DNA of 63,497 nucleotides, the filler included, from Octopus bimaculoides (lineage: Eukaryota), in the NCBI RefSeq assembly GCF_001194135.2. It is 6 parts of 4 records of this genome, joined end to end, with 100 filler letters (N's around TTAATTAATTAA, not from the genome) between each part and the next. Parts side by side here need not be neighbours in the genome. Positions count along the whole stretch, not along the records: positions 58,825 to 62,086 come from NC_069005.1; positions 62,187 to 63,497 come from NW_026338728.1; 4 more parts are not named here. The stretch is one strand, 5' to 3'. Of this stretch, positions 60,464 through 63,497 are shown one piece after another (position 1 is the first letter of the stretch; every line of letters begins with the position of its first letter). Both the position numbers and the translations under genes were made by a program. The notes under the pieces were generated by a model. That model made no database searches. It saw only the letters and a list, made by a program, of their open reading frames with translations, and was not told the origin of the DNA.

Positions 60464-61029
60464 ATATATATATATACATGTGTGTGTGTATACACGCATA
60501 CATATATACATATATACACATGTAGTTCATTATAGATTAATTTTTAGTTCAATGTTGCGTTTGATGCGAAGTGATTTTTAACAGATAACAAACTCACACC
60601 ACTACGCAGGTTAGCTTACTCACGTGTAAGCTAATCAGCACCGCTTTTATTTTCCTAGTCATAAACCCCGATCGCTTGGTAGAACATCAGTTGGGCGATG
60701 CAGAATCTAACGATGTTTAACGAACCGAGAAACTTTGGTCAATACGCTAACTGCGTTGTTTTGGCGAGTAATTCCTATATTCCGCCAAACCCAAACCACA
60801 TATTTATTCAACATTAAGATTACATATTTTTTTCCGTTGTATACATGAGTATTCATACGTGCACACTTACAAACACACGTATACGCTCACATCCACAATT
60901 ATATACACACACATGTAGAAACTGCCCAATTTTTTCATGAAATTTAGTGTATAAACTGTATACAACATATACTCCACCTCCTTATACTTCCCTACACTCC
61001 CATATTGTACATTAGACCCTCTGCCCAAC

Positions 61030-61263
61030 ACTGGTACTCCGTCGGTTACGACGACGAGGGTTCCACTTGATCCGATCAACGGAACAGCCTGCTCGTCAAA
61101 TTAACGTGCAAGTGGCTGAGCACTCCACAGACACGTGTACCCTTAACGTAGTTCTCAGCTGCGCATTTTGCTCAAGAACTCAGCGTGTCGCCCAGTCAAG
61201 TAATTGAAACCACAATCTTACGATTATGAGTGTGAACACCCCCACCACTAGGCCACGCGCCCC
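61030..61263. mobile_element. SINE-type repeat fragment (61030-61150) and a tRNA-SINE head on the minus strand (61150-61263)
   Basis: GGCGCGTGGCCTAGTGG A-box, GGTTTCAATT B-box-like; the first part recognised from memory as an octopus repeat. Confidence 0.55.
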
Positions 61264-62086
61264 GATGCAGTCGGGTCAAGCGAGGTCTCTTTTGATTGCA
61301 CTTATGATCATAGCAACATAAGTTTCGAGTTAAAGTCCTCACATAACTTTGTTTAATGAGTCTGCCTCACTTACCTCAAGTTGCAGGGATTTTAAAATCT
61401 CTTAAAATTTCACCTCTGAAGAGTCCTACCAATTCTCTACCATCCAGGGGCATGAGATTAGTCAGCAGGTCAGAGCTCTTACTATGCTGACATCAGCATT
61501 TTAATTTTCTATATTTGTCCCTATTCACCAAGCTGTCCCTATTCCCGCCATTTCACGGTATTGTGTTGTGTGGTTTTATGCTGTGTAGTGTCGTGTGGTA
61601 TAGCGCGATGTACTGAGGTGAAATCTGGTCTACTGTAGGGTAGTGTGGTGTAATCCGATGTAGTTTGATGTGATGTTGTATAATGTAGTATACAACACTA
61701 TAACATGCTGTAAACATCGGAGAAAAAAACAGAGTTCTAAGCATCAATGCTTTGTGGGTGACTGTAATTTCTAGATTGAAATCTTCAAAGTGTATTAAAT
61801 AAGCCACTTGAAGTAGTCACTTCGTTTATTGATCTTTACTTATGTTTATTAGAGTAAAGTGGCAACCTAGTTCTACACACCATGCACAGCACAAACCACA
61901 AGCCACACTACACCACGTCGCACACAACATGTATGTACACACACTCTCCCTCTCTCCCTCGCTCTCTCTCTTTCCCTCTCACCCCGCCCACACACAGAGG
62001 TATACTTTGTTTCCTGCAAGCATACGCAAATAAATCCAGATCAAGATGTATGTACATATATATGTATATGCATTTATGTATGTATA

Positions 62087-62186
62087 NNNNNNNNNNNNNN
62101 NNNNNNNNNNNNNNNNNNNNNNNNNNNNNNTTAATTAATTAANNNNNNNNNNNNNNNNNNNNNNNNNNNNNNNNNNNNNNNNNNNN
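62087..62186. other. Artificial scaffold linker
   Basis: N44-TTAATTAATTAA-N44. Confidence 0.92.
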
Positions 62187-62934
62187 ATATATGTGTGTGT
62201 GTGTGTGTGTGTGTATGGATTTACATTTATCATAAGGAAAAGATATAGGTAGAATATTCCATTCCAAATCAAATTGTTTATTATGTTCCTCTTGTAAACA
62301 CGTTTAAAGAACGTGTTTATCGTTGCAAACATTGGCAAAAACACAGACCTTTGGTTCCTATAAGTGATTTGTACCAGTCTATTAAATTCGACCTTTACAT
62401 GTCTTCTTACATTTCACATCCACTAAATATATCTATTTCCACGCCTTTAATCGTTATTCCTATTCACTATATTTCTCCTTTTTAGTTTTCAACTAATTTC
62501 TTTCTTCCTCCTCCTTCTCTTTCTATGAATTGTGTCTGACGTTATATCTATTAACGGTATTTTTGTTAAATAACTTACCAACGTTCCATTCATCATATAT
62601 GCAGTAATCACATTCGGTTAAAATGTCGTATTAATGCATTTTGTTTCTCTTTTTCCCTCTGATGAGAAGATTGCTTTGTTTTACAACAATTTATTCCTTC
62701 TGGAATTATACCAATGTTTTCTTCGAAACATATGACGAAAGTATAAAGATTTGAATAACACCTGCGTTGAACTCCATTTATTTATTTATCTATGTTACAC
62801 AAAAGCATTTCAACAAAACCTGGAATTTCTACCTTTATTAGTAGACAGTTACATCCTTGGCACTTGTGTGAATTTTTGCTATCCTGGTAATTATTTATTT
62901 TTTCCGTGTTATTTGTAAACATTGAAAAATACAT

Positions 62935-63235
62935 ATACATTTATATATGTATATATATGTATATACATATGTATATATATATGTATATATATGTATAAAT
63001 ATATACATGTATATATATATATATANNNNNNNNNNNNNNNNNNNNNNNNNNNNNNNNNNNNNNNNNNNNNNNNNNNNNNNNNNNNNNNNNNNNNNNNNNN
63101 NNNNNNNNNNNNNTATATATATATATGTATATATATATATGTATATATATATGTGTGTGTGTGTATGTATACATATATGTATATATGTATATATATATGT
63201 ATATATTTACATGTATATATATATATATGTGTGTG

Positions 63236-63268
<33 letters not shown>

Positions 63269-63497
63269 GTATATATGTATATATATGTATATATATATGT
63301 ATGTATATATATATGTCTATATATATATGTATGTATATATATGGATGTATATATATATGTATGTGTATATATATATTTATACATATATGTATATAAGTAC
63401 ATACACATATGTTTACACACACGCACACGTAACAAATATGTATGTCAATATGTACATCTATATGTACTTGTACTGGTATATATATATATATATATAT
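62935..63497. repeat. Compound (AT)n/(GTAT)n/(GT)n microsatellite field
   Basis: Direct reading. Confidence 0.95.

Noticed and set aside
60611-60634. 9-bp hairpin with a CACGTG E-box
   Set aside because: A single short palindrome is expected by chance in 63 kb
61375-61480. Perfect minus-strand donor GAG|GTAAGT
   Set aside because: No clear acceptor or frame open through the donor; at most a non-coding exon, unsupported
10884-63497. Long ORFs in the track made of X runs or YI/HT/CV/LS dipeptide repeats
   Set aside because: Translations of N gaps and (AT)/(CA)/(CT) microsatellites; not coding evidence

Overview
AT-rich, microsatellite-laden, gap-rich eukaryotic DNA. The SINE families and repeat landscape look like a draft octopus (coleoid cephalopod) assembly; this is inferred from memory of the repeats, not from a search. 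The window is not contiguous: five 100-bp linkers (44 N + TTAATTAATTAA + 44 N) join six separate scaffolds. I found no intact host gene, no rRNA or tRNA gene and no CRISPR array. The sequence is mostly decayed mobile DNA: Dong/R4, RTE, CR1-group and Tx1-like LINEs, Penelope-like element (PLE) RT and GIY-YIG remnants, Helitrons, Tc1/mariner and hAT transposons, and several SINE families. Main leads: (1) a multi-family set of PLE-type terminal repeats carrying minimal type I hammerhead ribozymes with palindromic stem III (best at 56136-56178 and 48292-48335), several of them in (AT)n tracts or foldbacks; (2) a LINE-SINE pair sharing a 3' stem-loop with compensatory changes; (3) a CCAAT + RFX X-box promoter candidate at 39240-39285; (4) a full-length Tc1 with ancestral DD36E spacing; (5) a close inverted pair of young SINEs; (6) a few candidate orphan exons.
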